From Chara braunii (lineage: Eukaryota; Plantae; Charophyceae), in the NCBI GenBank assembly GCA_003427395.1, contig BFEA01000007.1, positions 377,112 to 432,036 on the forward strand: DNA of 54,925 nucleotides, read 5' to 3'. Made by a program: the position numbers and the translations under genes. Under the pieces are notes generated by a model. It did no database searches. It worked only from the letters and a program-made list of their open reading frames with translations, and was not told where the DNA came from. Positions 1 to 13,345 of the stretch are shown piece after piece (position 1 is the stretch's first letter; each line of letters begins with the position of its first letter).

Positions 1-48
<48 letters not shown>

Positions 49-111
49 CAGCTGGAGTAGGCAGGCGAGCGGGCAGCAGAGAGCGCGAGCCCGAGCAGGA
101 GTGGGCGCCGA

Positions 112-142
<31 letters not shown>

Positions 143-253
143 GAAAGATACAGAGGAGATTAGCATGTCCCAAAAAAAAAGGTGTGAATGTATCTGACGC
201 AGACAATGGACCAGATACATTCACACTTTGGTGGGCCGAGCAGCACACACACA

Positions 254-297
<44 letters not shown>
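1..297. repeat. (GA)n microsatellite tracts; similar (GA)n/(CA)n/poly-A/T tracts recur throughout the window
   Basis: Direct reading: runs at 1-46, 113-136 and 258-297. Confidence 0.95.
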
Positions 298-300
<3 letters not shown>

Positions 301-863
301 CGGCGGCGGGGCGCCGTCGGCGGCTTTTCCTGTACTGACAAAGTGGGATCGTTTTCCAGCCCGAAACCATTCCCGCCAGAAGCCAAAAACGAAAAAAAGA
401 AAAACAAAAAAAAGGGAGGGCCTGCTAGGCCAGGCCACCTCCCGTTTTTGCCCATTATCGAACCGGTAGGCCGATGAAAGAATACTTCAATGTTTTTGTG
501 CTGTTTCAAACTGCTTCACGGCCCAATCTTGCAGTGGACTGTTATTTCTGCGAATTCTGAACTGGGCAGCAGTCACAGGGGCAGTTGTCTCAAAAAAAGA
601 GAGGCATCTTCAACTGCCAAAAAAGTTGAAAAAACTCAGCAGTTCTAATTTGTAAAGCTCGTTAGAGGCAAAAAAACAAAAAATAAAAAAGCTGATTCAT
701 ATCGAATGTCCCCTCCCTCTCCGCAACTTTTTGGGAGCTTTGCCGATCAGCTTGGCACCTATCAGGGGTTTGCTGAGCTTTGGTGATCAATTTGTCACCC
801 ATCTACAAAAGCTCATCAACCCCCTGATATACGGTACCAAAAAACCCCAAATTGAAATATGAA

Positions 864-1096
864 CCGAAAAATCTTTTTCGAATCCAGAAACCAGTACTAC
901 TAAAGTGGCTATACATACCAACTTTTTCACATATATCTATGCTTTGATAGGAACTGGAAGTTTTGAAACTGGTTGGTATACTACCATAATGAAGTTACCT
1001 TTCATTTTCTGTATTTGGATAGGTTTTGTTTTGGCTTCTTTTGGAGGTTTCCGAAGTTTAATACGTCAGCTTTCAAGTATCACTCAGTCTCTTTGA
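864..1096 (+). pseudogene. ccmFC: NUMT: 3' fragment of mitochondrial cytochrome c maturation gene ccmFC
   Basis: Translation ETSTTKVAIHTNFFTYIYALIGTGSFETGWYTTIMKLPFIFCIWIGFVLASFGGFRSLIRQL closely matches the recalled C-terminus of plant mitochondrial CcmFC. The fragment is isolated and 5'-disrupted. Confidence 0.78.
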
Positions 1097-1963
1097 TTTT
1101 AGAGAATCGCAAGGTACAACGGAAGCTCTCTTTGATCCATGGACTTCCTATCGGTACATCTTTACATGGCGCCGATTGCCTTTTTTTTCAACATATCTTT
1201 ACATCTTTTCTAATTATTCTAATTATTATATTAAACTGATAGCAACAGGTACGGCATTTGAACTCAGCCTCGTGACTTTTTTTTTTTTTTTTTTTTTTTT
1301 GAACTCAGCCTATATTCTTTTTCTTCTTGTTCTTTTCTTCAATTAAAAAAAATAAAGAAAACAGAACGGTTCTGGCTCCGTTCCATTCGTTCTGGGGAGC
1401 ATCAGTCCAGTTCCTATCCCACCGGCAAGTCAGAACAGATACGACACTCGAACTCTGCCTATCCTCTTATTAGTAATATAGCTTCCATGCAGTCTCTGTA
1501 GCAATTGCTGTTAATGAATGTATCTGGACGTTCAGACAGCCAGGTGAACGATTGTAGGCTGTACTGGGATTTGCAGCTGTCCGCGACTCTGTATGCATGC
1601 TGACAGAGGCGTTGAAGCGAATCAGCTGGAAAATACAAAAGGAAAGCACAAAGCTGTTATATACCAAACACAAAAACGGAAAGAAGAGAGTAAAAGGGCA
1701 AAAATATTACTCTCACGGGCACTTTGTAAAATGTATCTAACTGCAATTACGGCCAGATTCGCACCAGTCTGACCGCAATCACGTCCAGAGCTGTGTAGAA
1801 AAAGTACTCGCACGTGCGAGTACTACCCACCCTTATTTTTTTCCCCAAAATTCAACTGGACCACCAAAAAACAAGAAGAGAAAAAAAAAAAAAAAAAGAC
1901 TACCATTGCCCCTGTGCAAGGATGGCATGCATAAATCGAGAAATGGCGCGAATTTATCAGCTG

Positions 1964-1996
<33 letters not shown>

Positions 1997-2070
1997 AACC
2001 GAAAAAAATCAAAGGAAGGAAGAGAGAGTTGTGCTGCTGACCACGAACGGCTGCCCGCCTGCCAGCAAGC

Positions 2071-2634
2071 CTAGTATTCACTCGGTGTCTGGATGTGATT
2101 TCCGCTCGTCACCGGTTGAGAGTCTTTGCTCACATTGGCATCGCTCTCGTCCAGACTTCTCAGCCGTTCCTCGATGGCTTTCATCATCTGTTGCTTGATG
2201 TCTCCCTCCACCGATTCTCTCCTCGTTTCCATTCTTAGAAGCTTCTTCTTCAGTTTTTCCACCATCCTCTTCAACTCCTCCACCCTCTTCTCATCCGTCT
2301 CAACGTCCAGCTCTGCAATTTGTTTGTTAAAATCCTCGTCAATCTCCCGTAGGTTTTTATTCAGTTCGTTCTGAGCCTGCCTGGCCTCTTGCTCCGCCTG
2401 CTTCGCCCTTTCCATCAGCTCTTTCGCCAACTTCACCTTCGCATCCGTCGATTCTTTCACGCTGGACATGGAAACCTTTTTCTCCTCCTCCAGCTCCTCA
2501 GCGTCCCGCTTACGCTTCAACAGCCTCGATTGAAGTAACAAATATTGTTGTTCACTGTCGGCCAGCTGCTGCCTCAGCTGCTTCAGTGTCTTCTCAAATG
2601 CCTGCCAGTCACCGTGACATGATGCCACGTTCAA
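2071..2634 (-). CDS. 187-aa coiled-coil ORF of unknown function (possible exon or TE-derived)
   Basis: Open, E/K/Q/L-rich heptad-like frame that is not simple-repeat derived; no recognisable domain. Confidence 0.25.
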   Translation of the reverse strand: MNVASCHGDWQAFEKTLKQLRQQLADSEQQYLLLQSRLLKRKRDAEELEEEKKVSMSSVKESTDAKVKLAKELMERAKQAEQEARQAQNELNKNLREIDEDFNKQIAELDVETDEKRVEELKRMVEKLKKKLLRMETRRESVEGDIKQQMMKAIEERLRSLDESDANVSKDSQPVTSGNHIQTPSEY

Positions 2635-3592
2635 TTTGATTCAAAACGCGCATGTCCGTAAATAAATCCAGACGTAGTTATGAATGAACGCGCACGGACA
2701 CGTTCAATTTGATTCAAAACGCATATTAAATAAATCCAAACATAGTTACTCGTGAGTGCGTACGGACAGGAAAACAACAACAAGAACAACAAGAACAACA
2801 AGAACAACAGCAACGGGCCAAACTCAGTGGGTACACGCACAAGGGCCACAAACTGTCCAAATACAGAGCTGTTTCTTTACAATTTTTACCTGAGTTCGAA
2901 TGCAAGAGTCTCAGAGAGAACGAGATGCACGTCGAGATTCTTGAATTACCCGGGGCCAGTCAGTTTGACGATGATATCTCAACTTGGCCGTAACGGTTGC
3001 CCGTTCGAATAAGGACTTATAAACTTATTCATATGCAAAAATACTGCACCATCATGATGAGATATTGGTTGGTGGGGTGTTCCACATTAAAAATTCAAGG
3101 TGGCCTACTTTACTACTTCGTTAAATTTTCCTCCTCTCTTTTTCACCTCTACATTAAATTTTCCTCCTCTCTTTTTCACCTCTACTATGTAAACTTGACA
3201 CCATGCGTTCCCCGGTAGTGTACGTGTAGTAGAGAGATGAAGAGAGGAGGAAATCAAAAGGAATCATGACAAAGTCGAAAAGAAAAGGGAAAAATCACGA
3301 TCACTGATTCACTGTTTCACAGCAGAAAAGGCAAGTCTCAGATCACCCATCTGGGCCATCTCCTCGAGTTTTCCCAAGATCACGTCTCTTTCAGCTTGAA
3401 GTTGAAGTTCCCCCTTTCATTGATTTTTTTTTTTTTTTTCCCCTTTTTCTCTCAGATGAATCGAATTTCAATGCTTTCAAACACTATGTTCTCCAGTCTC
3501 CAGAGACTCAGTCGAGACTAGTACAGACATGCAAATGCACCCACCCACGTTATGGGCCACATACACAAGAGTTTAGCAGGCATAACAAACGT

Positions 3593-3651
<59 letters not shown>

Positions 3652-4101
3652 CTGAGTAACTTACCTCTTCCACTGCCATTTGCAGCCTCCCCTCAACCGA
3701 GTGTAGAGAACTCATGGAGCCACTCAGTCCCATTTCTGTGCAGCGGTGAAACTGACGAGCTGTTACAAAGGTTTTTGGAGACGGCGCAGAAGATTCCCCA
3801 GCTTTGCTACGAACATTGGCTGCAGACTGTTCCACGTGACTAGTTGGCTGAATCTCCGATTCCCTAGCATTAGGACCGTTGTCATGTCCCTCGCTCAACA
3901 GCCCTGGACGTCTTGTCTCCTCAGACATAACGTTTTTGTCCACGACCCCTCCTTCACCCTGACCTTCACCCTCGTCTCCTCTCCGCATTCTTTCTCGTGT
4001 TTCCTCCACAATCACAGTTTCACTCCTTTCTCCCTGTTCCTCTCTCTTCTCAGTTACAGACACTTTTGTAGTGACAGTCGTCACTTCAAGCATCTCTCTC
4101 T

Positions 4102-4155
<54 letters not shown>

Positions 4156-4964
4156 CACAAAAGAATCGTTAACTCCCGTGTTGGTGATGACCCTGACAAG
4201 AGAGTTTGCCGGATGGGACTTGTACCAGAGTGGATCAGCAAATTGGGTCAGACGGTCTTGTCGCAGTTGATAACCTCACGTCTCTAGACCCTCAGATCTA
4301 GGACACGTAGGACACGTGGCAGGAGACTGTTCTTCTGTTAATCACTTCCAAATTCCGGCAATGCACTATCTTATCCTCTAACTTCCCAACTCCTCTTGAA
4401 GACGCGCGGATAGAAACGAATTGCTGAGAAAACAAGATTACATCTCGTCAGAAAAATGTCCTTCAGGACAGCCGCTAAAATTGGGACGATATGGAGAAGA
4501 ATACCATAATGAGACACAAAAATCGAGAAATGGTCCCAAAGAAAAAAACAAAAAACAAAAAACAAAAAACATTTCATCAGAAAAGAGGAAAAGGTGCCAC
4601 AATTTCTACTTTTTTCTCTTTTAGGCGATGTAGAGTTTTCCGCAGTTCTGTAATATTCTAGCCCTTGCCCCTGGGGCCAAGCACCAGTACCAGAGTAGAG
4701 TTTCCTAAACACCCAAATCTGGAAGTGTTTACAGAGAGGTGCTATCGAGGAAACTCGACACGCTTTTCTGCACATCTCCACAAACAAGCCAGATTCGAGC
4801 GTCGAGGAAACTCCATGCTGCTAGTGGATGTGGTCCCCCTTCCCTTCATCATCGGATTCACGACCCAGGAAAAAGGAAGAAAAACACACGTTTAACTTGG
4901 GAGGAAACTCGATACGTTCAGGGGCAGTCTCCTCAGACTGACACATTTTCTCACCTTTTTATTT

Positions 4965-5956
4965 TTATTTTAATTCTGGGCCTTGTGATGACCCAACCAA
5001 ACACGGACTGAGACACACAGCTGATTTCCGAGTTTTGCTCATGGACTGAATGCCTTGCTGAGTCTCCCGCTTGCTAATAAGTTCTGCATGTCTGTGTGTG
5101 TGCACGCTTGCTTGGTCTGCATGTCTGTCTGAATGCTGGGTGGCTTGAGTACGTGTGTGACCCGCAAGGGCACCTGTTTGTTCGTTGGGGTACTTACCTG
5201 TGGCCGTGACATTGAGGATTGCAGCGAGGGAAAACACTCGAAGTGCGCCGGGGGAAGAGGCCCACGACACTTGAAGCAGCGGGGGAAACACTCAAACAGG
5301 CAGGCCGGTACCACACCCAGAAGTGGTAGATGTGCCGGGTACTCGAGGCCGAGTAGAAGAAGACAAATAGGCTAGGTCTAGGCGGGTACCAGTCCAACCA
5401 GTCTGTGTCTACGGCCTGTACGGGCAATATCAGAGTCTGCAATGATGTTTCCCTCCGAAAGTGAGGAGGTACCCGTTGCTTGGAAGGCCGAGCGGCCTGG
5501 AAGTCACCGCATGAAGAGGCAAGCAGGCCGCTATATCTCCAGGCCGGGCGAAGAGCCCAGCCTCATTGTTGATGTGCAAGTTTGGCGACAAAGTGGTTGG
5601 AGCGCTGGCTGGAGCAGCACTAGCTTGGACCAGCGCTGCTGGGGAAGGAGCAAGGACACGGAGGAGGAAGAAGAGCAGGAGGAAGGGGAAGCGCCAGAGG
5701 TATTTACCTGGCTATGGTGGCAGCCATCTTCATCACCTTGGTGGGCGCTGCAGCAGGGAGACCCCAGCTGGGGAGAGCTACACCAAGAAGCTTCAAGGCA
5801 GAGTCAGGCATGGCAGCCTGAGCTAGAGCAGCCATAGCTGCTTCGCGTTGTCCTTTGCACAGCTGGGCAAGGCCCCAGTAGTCCGCCATAGCCTCGGCCT
5901 ATGAGAGTGAAGAGTGAGGGAGGCGTCCATGGCTATGGTGAACCTTGAGTGATACC
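4965..5956 (-). mobile_element. Degenerate LTR-retrotransposon 5' internal region (PBS-like GGTATCA followed by gag-like remnant)
   Basis: Minus strand reads ...TACTGCA|GGTATCA at 5957/5956, resembling an LTR end (CA) plus a partial tRNA-iMet PBS. It is followed by fragmented Ala-rich ORF pieces. Confidence 0.35.
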
Positions 5957-7503
5957 TGCAGTAGAAGAGGAACTCGGCCATCGATTTTGGATCAGCAATT
6001 CAACATTGTACTATTATTTCTTGTGTGAATAAGAGAGCAGTAAAGGAGGAGGAGAGTGCTGGGTGAAGAAGAAGAGTTTTGTCATTTGTTTATGCTGGTG
6101 TACATCATCTTCTTCTTCTTTCTTTCTTCTTCTTCTTCTTCTTTCTTCTTCTTCTATGCTGGTGTACATCATCTTCTTACCTTCTCTCTCCTCTCAAGTT
6201 CATTCATTTCTTTCTGCAATTGGACGGCATTATACTATCTCATGAATGTGTATCTCAAAATTGGCCAGGATCATAACAGCCTTACCTATTTCCAAACCTG
6301 TTTTCATTCCTGACCCATCAAAACACCGGCCAGGAATGAAAACCCCTTCAGCGACGAGAAAGAATACCTTGCACAGTTGACGGCCAATGCGATTGTGAGA
6401 AAGATCTACTGTCCTACTATTTGCACGGCAACCAAAATAGGACCGTCCGATTCCTTTGCTATCTGTGACTCAAAAGCCTGTCACACACACGAACGGTCCT
6501 CATTCCTATACTTTCCTGACAGCTCGTGGGCCTTGGCCCTGGGACCACTTGATACCGGGCCAAAAAAATATAGAAAAAAATAAAAATAAAACTTTTGGTC
6601 AAATTTGGTAAAGAATTTCGATGTGGTCCTGCCTCCTGAGGCAAAACTTGTTCAGTTGCCCCCCCCAGCTCCCCTTCTTTCCCCCCCTTAACAGTGATGG
6701 AGGGGGTGCCCGCATCCCTTCTGCACCCACTACAGCACCTTCCTGTGCCAAGAACCCCCCCAGCGCCCCCTCCCCACGGCGTTTCAACCCCACCGTAAAC
6801 GCGCGTTCAAATCGTTCAATAACTGAACGCTGAACCCCGCGTTCAATGAACATGCGGTTGCACAGCGCCCGTACGCGCCCCAGCCAGCCTGCATAGCACA
6901 GCTTCGCACGACAATGCAGCAGCGTGGCCGCAATGCCTGGACAGGCCATAATACCCTCCCAGTGGGCCACACACTTTCCTTCAATATGGAGAGAGTACCC
7001 GCTACTGCCTGGCCTGGCCAGGCATGTGGGGGGGTGCAGTAGCTTGCTTCTGGCCCCAAGTGTCTGCACCCAGGCCCAGTTTCCGATACTGGCCAGGGCC
7101 TCGTGCAGTTAGGCACGTTCAGACAGCCACCCAGCCTCCAAGTGTTCGCAGCATTCTCATTGGCTCCCAGCTTGTGTGACGAGAATGCTGCTCTCTCATT
7201 GGCCCGGGGCCAGTCCATGATGTGTTGCCTCACACAGCGTGTGACCCCAGGCGCAACCACCTGAGCCCTGGGGTCAACTGTACAGCACAGCCCTTGAAAG
7301 AGCCTGAAGGCTCACATTACTCTGTAACCAACTGGTGTGCTGCAACTGTCTGCATACCCGCCTACGGAAAAATGTTTAAAACAGGCCTCTCGTGGATATT
7401 CAGGCCCGCCTTCACTTAGGGGCCACGGTGGGCACAGGCTTGCTAAGGGCCGCAGCCCAGAACACTTGTAAGGGCCCCGCAAGGGCTCATTACTCGCATT
7501 CCA
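5957..7503 (-). repeat. Putative ~1.55-kb LTR
   Basis: Begins TG right after the purine tract AAGGGGGA that follows the chromodomain stop, and ends CA before the PBS-like motif. No second copy in the window to confirm it. Confidence 0.35.
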
Positions 7504-7536
7504 TCCCCCTTAGCTTTGAAGTCCGCTGAGATGCTT

Positions 7537-8215
7537 CTACGCACTGCCAGGTGCTTTCCCCTTCAGTCTTCGTTCATATTCTGCCACAATCTGAGGTTCC
7601 GTCTTGACAAGCTCCTCTCTTGTGAACCAACGATCTTCTTTCGGATCTGTATGATGCCTGAATCTGACCCCGTACCCCCTCATAGGTTTGGGCGGTCTTC
7701 CCCTGTCAAGAGGTTTGGGAACAAGCAAGTCTCTGTGTGTTCCAAGATGTCGTCGACGTCCAAGTGGCCATCCATGGTTGGGGGCAGCATTGAGCTTGAA
7801 TTTCTTGTTGGGAATAGATCCGTCTCCGCGAATGGTGCAAGTCTGGAAGCATGAAATACAAGGTACTAAGTGCACAGATGACCAGGGATTCTGATGACGT
7901 GCGGCGGACCATGATCTAGATCACTACCCACAATGTCCAAGACTTCCCAAGGACCAAAGTACTGCGGCATTAATTTTCTAGAAATGCCAAACTCCTGTCC
8001 TGGTTCACTAGCCTTTACCCAAACACGTTCCCCTATCTGAAATGAGGACTGTTGCCTATGCTTGTTCTCATAGGCAATCATTGCCTCTTGAGACTTTCTG
8101 ATATGCTTGACACTGTTGACAACCTGCTGCAACAGTTTCTCATACTGGACACCAAATTCAATGGTTCCCGGAGTTGCAGCCGGTCGGTTTTCAGGTAGGA
8201 GGAAGTTTAATGCAG
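7537..8215 (-). mobile_element. Ty3/gypsy (chromovirus-type) integrase C-terminus and chromodomain relic
   Basis: FQIGERVWVK...RKLMPQYFGPWEVL (GPF/Y motif), then a frameshifted chromodomain-like YGVRFRHHTDPKEDRWFTREEL...VAEYE, then a PPT. Confidence 0.8.
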
Positions 8216-8499
8216 ATCTAGATACAAGTGATACAAAATGATAAGTGTCCCTGGACTCTACATCTCTCAGCATGAAACACTTCAATTCACCGCGCAACCT
8301 TTGTGCTCTACCCTTTTGTCCAATTCTGCTCAGGTAAAGAGGACTATTCACTCCAAGGCTCTAGTTTTTATCCTACTGTCTACCTGCTTCCTTGTGATCG
8401 AGAGGCTTGTCAGTGTGCCGTCATCGGATCGGCTCCCAGGCGCCACCGGTTGTGCTCAGGAAAACAAGAAAAAAAAAGGCAAAACTTTTGTGGGGTCTG

Positions 8500-9530
8500 G
8501 TAGGCTTTAGTGCCGTCTGCCGTCCCCCATGGTGCTAGAGCAAGTGGATCGTTGCCGCCTCTGCTCAAAACATTTTGGCCCCACTCGATCATGACAGCTC
8601 AACCCCTTCATCCGTTGTGACCTATAGGCGTCTTTGTCCCCCTCTCCCTCCTTCCCGCTCTTCCCTAGTCTATCAACCATTGATTGGGCCATTTCATTCC
8701 AGAAAGAAGAATCCACTCTTCTCGCCACTCTTCATTCCTGCTTCGGGACTTTTCCAAGGGTAATCGCATACCCTAAACTCCTTCATAAACGTAAGCAAAC
8801 TCCACCCAGTCATGAACTTCGCATTTGCGATGTCCACGATCCGAAATATCGTGTTTGACACAGCCACAAACTTCTGGGGTTTTGGAGCAATGCCATACGA
8901 ATGGAAGCTTCTCAAGGTCCTGCCTGTATTTCCCCGTTTGTCCTCTCCAGATTGTCTCAATATTCTTGAACTTATGCATGCTGTGTATCCATGCTGGCGA
9001 ATCAGTAATGATCGACCTCGTTTCCAGAAATTCCAGCAGACCACAGTCTGCATCTGTTCTTTTTCCAAAGTCTGGTCTTGATGATAACAACCCAATACTC
9101 GATCCAAACTATCATTCAGCTTATCCATCCTCCCCTTTACACACCACCCGACCAGAAGCAAGTCGTCAATGAAGCGATTGCGATTGATGTATCTTGCATC
9201 TGTGCCAAGTGAAGTCAAGAACTGTTGCTCGGCAAATATGCAAATGTATTTGCCAAAGGAGGGCTCGCTCTCCCACCCATTTGCCTGGGTACATGTGACT
9301 TTCCCAATGTTGCCTTCTTTCCTTCTGTGTTTAATCTGATCCAATCGTGTCCTTGTTGAGTTCAGCAGCAACCATTCGACAGCGTTCACAATTTTTTGAT
9401 GTGGTAGTTTCGTGAACATTTCTTTTACGTCATGTGTCCTGCAGTGGCAATTATTCCCAAAGGTTCGACTCGCCTTCTTATTCATAATAATTGTCAATTT
9501 TCTCTTCAACCGTCTGACCTAATCAGTGTT
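8500..9530 (-). mobile_element. Divergent Penelope-like RT relic (third PLE lineage in the window)
   Basis: HDVKEMFTKLPH (motif A), frameshifted MGGRASPPLAN (motif B), RFIDDL (motif C). RSFHSYG...QKFVAVSNTIFRIVD aligns with the C-terminus of the two large PLEs. Boundaries are approximate. Confidence 0.78.
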
Positions 9531-9629
9531 GAAACCCGAAGACACCCAGAACACCCAGCGATATAGGTTCGAGCACACTCGGGTGCCACCCCACAGCGAT
9601 CACAGAGCCTGCTGAGGGGAGGGAATGAT

Positions 9630-12620
9630 TGGGGAGTACGGCGAGGGAACCAAAACTCAGGGGCCCCCCTAGTGGAGATACAGGGTGTGCAAGGTCAGGC
9701 TTCGATGTGCGATGGTCTCAACTACATGCATATGGCTCCATCATTTCCACCGTCGAGTGGGAGCTCACTAATGGGACCCTGGGCACCATGGGCTCCCCAC
9801 GCTTTGGGGCCAAACAATCCAGGGATGGCGATCGGCCCCAATCACGATTTATATCAGCAACAACAGATTATGGTTGCAGGGGGCCCATTTCAGCTTCAAG
9901 GGAGATGTGAGGTCCCAGGGTGCCAGGTGGTACATCAGCCGCACTCAGTAATTCGATCGGTGCCGACAAGAGCACAACAGGAGCAATATGGGAGAATGGA
10001 TGAAACCCTCCTTGCGGTATATCATCGAGGGAGGCAGTGGGAGAACCCAGGCCAGTCGAGGTTCCAAGGCCCAGGAGCCCAAGGCCAAAGGACAAGGCAG
10101 GAGGGTGACTTAGTAAGGGTTCGGGGAGGGGCTTATTCGGGGTCTAAAGGAGAAGACAGGTGGATCTAGGAAAGTTTTCCTCCTCCTCAAGATCAAGAGT
10201 GGTTTCATTGGGGACGAGAGGGCACTGAGAGGTTCGGGTTTCCTTCGTGCAAAAGGGTCCGAGTCATCTACGGGCAGCTCAGGACCTCAGGTGACCCATC
10301 AGGGAGGAGGGAATTTGATTCAGATACCTCCAGTAAACGAGGTATAGAACAGAGCGAATAGACCTCCGCCCAATGGAAAGGAGGATGGTCCCCCTAGTCT
10401 GTGCAATGATAGGCAGTACGGCCTTTTTCTTGGGATTGACCCAATCGGATGGCAGACCGTATCTTCCATTAGTCCTCACAGATAGAACACCGCTACCAGG
10501 GGAGTTTCTGCCGAGGACAAAGTTTCTGTTTGGCGATGCTTTCCCAATCAGGATCATCCCGCGTTTGATGATGGTGAGCTGCCAGGTCTCGCTCTAAGAA
10601 AAGATACTGAAATTCTATGTTCCACTGCTGGACGCCCGCTTGGACCCCCCTACAGCAGAAGCTCTGACACAGGCTGGAGCGAAATGGTTTCACTTGGATG
10701 CTGTGCGAGAGGCCAATAACCACGAACTGAAGGCCATTTCACTGACACAGGAGGTGTCAGCTCCTAAAAGCAAACAAGAAGCTTCCAGATAGTCTGAACC
10801 TGCGGTCCAGATTTATGCTCGCCTGCCTATCAGAGAGCAGGAGACCCTCATCACAGTTGAGCCACTCCAGAGGCAGCTCGAAGCAGAGCCCTATGCACCA
10901 ATCTCCAGTGAGAACCCAGGTGGGGTGACGAACAGGTGGACTCCCACATCCAAAATCAGGCAGAGGAAACTGCTGCAGCTGTTTAAACTGAAAATAGTGA
11001 CATGGAATGTACGAGGCTTAGGGGATAGCACAAGGAGGGAGAAGAGGAAACGGGTGAAATCGTGGATGTTCTCTGCTTGCAGGAGACGAAGCTGGGGATG
11101 GATAAGTTTAATTTAATACAGATTCTGAAGTGGTGGGACGGCCCGCAGTACTGGGCACCTGCGCAGGGTACGAGGGGAGGGGTAGCTATACTTCTTCACC
11201 GTAATTTGCAAGGGTCTATCATAGATGCGGAAACGGATTTGTGGGGGAAATGGACCTGGGTAAGATTGTCGGGTAGGACAGAAAGAATGGGTGATAGCAA
11301 CTGTGTACGCACCTTCTGAACCAGCTGCAAGAGCAGAGTTTTTCACAAACATACAAAGGATAGTCCCGCAAACCGAGAACTTGGTTTTGCTGGGGGACTG
11401 GAACTTGTCACTGGACGAAGGCTTGCGCAGAAATTCCCGCTCAGCAGGAAGAAAGGACACGGCAGCCCTGCTGGATTTAATCCAGGAGAGAGACCTATCA
11501 GACCCCTTTCGTTGGTTGAACTCGGAAGACCCAAGGTGATAGCAACTGTGTACGCACCTTCTGAACCAGCTGCAAGAGCAGAGTTTTTCACAAACATACA
11601 AAGGATAGTCCAGCAAACAGAGAACTTGGTTTTGCTGGGGGACTGGAACTTGTCACTGGACGAAGGCTTGCGCAGAGATTCCCGCTCAGCAGGAAGAAGG
11701 ACACGGCAGCCCTGCTTGATTTAATCCAGGAGAGGGACCTATCAGACCCCTTTTGTTGGTTGAACTCGGAAGACCCAGGGTGATAGCAACTGTGTACGCA
11801 CCTTCTGAACCACCTGCAAGAGCAGAGTTTTTCACAAACATACAAAGGATAGTCCCGCAAACAAAGAACTTGGTTTTGCTGGGGGACTGGAACTTGTCAC
11901 TGGACGAAGGCTTAAGGCTTGCGCAGAGATTCCCGCTCAGCAGGAAAAAACGACACGGCAGCCCTGCTGGATTTAATCCAGGAGAGGGACCTATCGGACC
12001 CCTTTCGTTGGTTGAACTCGGAAGACCCAGGGTTTACCTGGTTCTCAAGTATTCGAAGGGAATGAGACCACAGGGAGATAGTGAAACGCAGGTTGGATTA
12101 CTGCCTGGTGGGCACTGCCAGGGAGCTAGCACAGTCAGACTGAGTCAGTTACACATGTCCGTCAGATATCCCATCCACTGTCTGATCATAAACCAGTACC
12201 GGCAGATATAGTGCTGACAGAGGCAGTGGAAAGAGGGAAAGGTTATCTTAAAGTTAAATGCTCAGAATCTAGAGGACCCGGGTCTGCGAAGATGGGTACA
12301 AACTTACGAAGTACTACAGACCCACATGGAGGACTGGCAAGCGGCCAGACCAGCCTTCCCATCTACAGCAGAGTGGCTAGATGGAGGCCTGGCTATAATC
12401 TCCGGAGGATTAAACGTGGGCTCTAGAATTCTAGCACGGGAAAGGAACAAGGAGGAAGATCACATCAGTGCAGGAGAAGGGTGGAGGAGACTGAAAGAAG
12501 GATGGAACTCCACCCGATCTCGGAACTGATTTGGGAACTGGTTTGGGCCAAGGAGAGAGAGTGCAGGCTAGCAGAATCGGACAAGTTGCAGATAGAAAAG
12601 CAACACAGATGGGAGGAAAC
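9630..12620 (+). mobile_element. L1/Tx1-type LINE relic (ORF1 remnants plus AP-endonuclease of ORF2; RT absent)
   Basis: APE motifs IVTWNVRGLG, DVLCLQETK, GGVAILL, VYAP, LLGDWN, FTW, RLDY and SDHKPV lie across frameshifts at about 10985-12200. Confidence 0.85.
11290..12031 (+). repeat. Tandem triplication (~245 bp x3) inside the LINE APE domain
   Basis: GGTGATAGCAACTGTGTACG starts at 11290, 11536 and 11779; junctions show (G)GGT microhomology. Confidence 0.9.
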
Positions 12621-12944
12621 ATCGAAAAGTCGTGTGTTTTGTTTTTCCTCTTTTTTTTTTTTACTTTTGGAGAGTTACATTGGTTCAGAGGAACACTAGA
12701 CCCGGATAGGTTTCCAGGAGCCTATCTGGGTAATGGTCCCAGGCTGTAACCAGGATATTGCGGGGTTTAACGGCCCCGTCTCTCCCCCATCTCTCTGATT
12801 TTGTGCAATACAAGCTCTACTGGTTCAACCAAAAAAAAAAAAAAAAAGACAAATTCCAGAAAGCTCCACCATAACAACGAGGGAAACGAAAGTTCAGTCC
12901 CTCGGGACATCCGTTAAACATATATATACATATATTCACACAGT

Positions 12945-13308
12945 ATCGGAGCGCAAAGGCGGAAAAGACAAAACAAGAAAAGGCAAAACAAAAAAAGAAA
13001 AAAAAGAAGGAAAGCTACCCCTGTTCATCACCTCTTACGTACAAGGCCAGCCACGTGGATGACAGGTTGAGCGCTGGGGGATCCCCGTGTGTTACAAGGA
13101 CCCACTTGCACGCAGCCAAAAGGCAAAGAGGTAAAGAAGAGGAGGAAACCAAACCTGACAGGGAAAGAAAGCTTATCAGTCAAACAAAGCAAATGACACA
13201 TCCCACAGATAATCCAATTGTCACAAAGCAAATAACACATCCCATAGATCAACATATTTTTTATTTTTTTCACTTCTTTATTTTCTTTTTCTCTCTTTTT
13301 TTTTTTTT

Positions 13309-13345
<37 letters not shown>

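Noticed and set aside
160-477. ORFs built from microsatellites or homopolymers (ERER, CVCV, HTHT, poly-K/F) here and elsewhere
   Set aside because: Translations of simple repeats with no coding signal.
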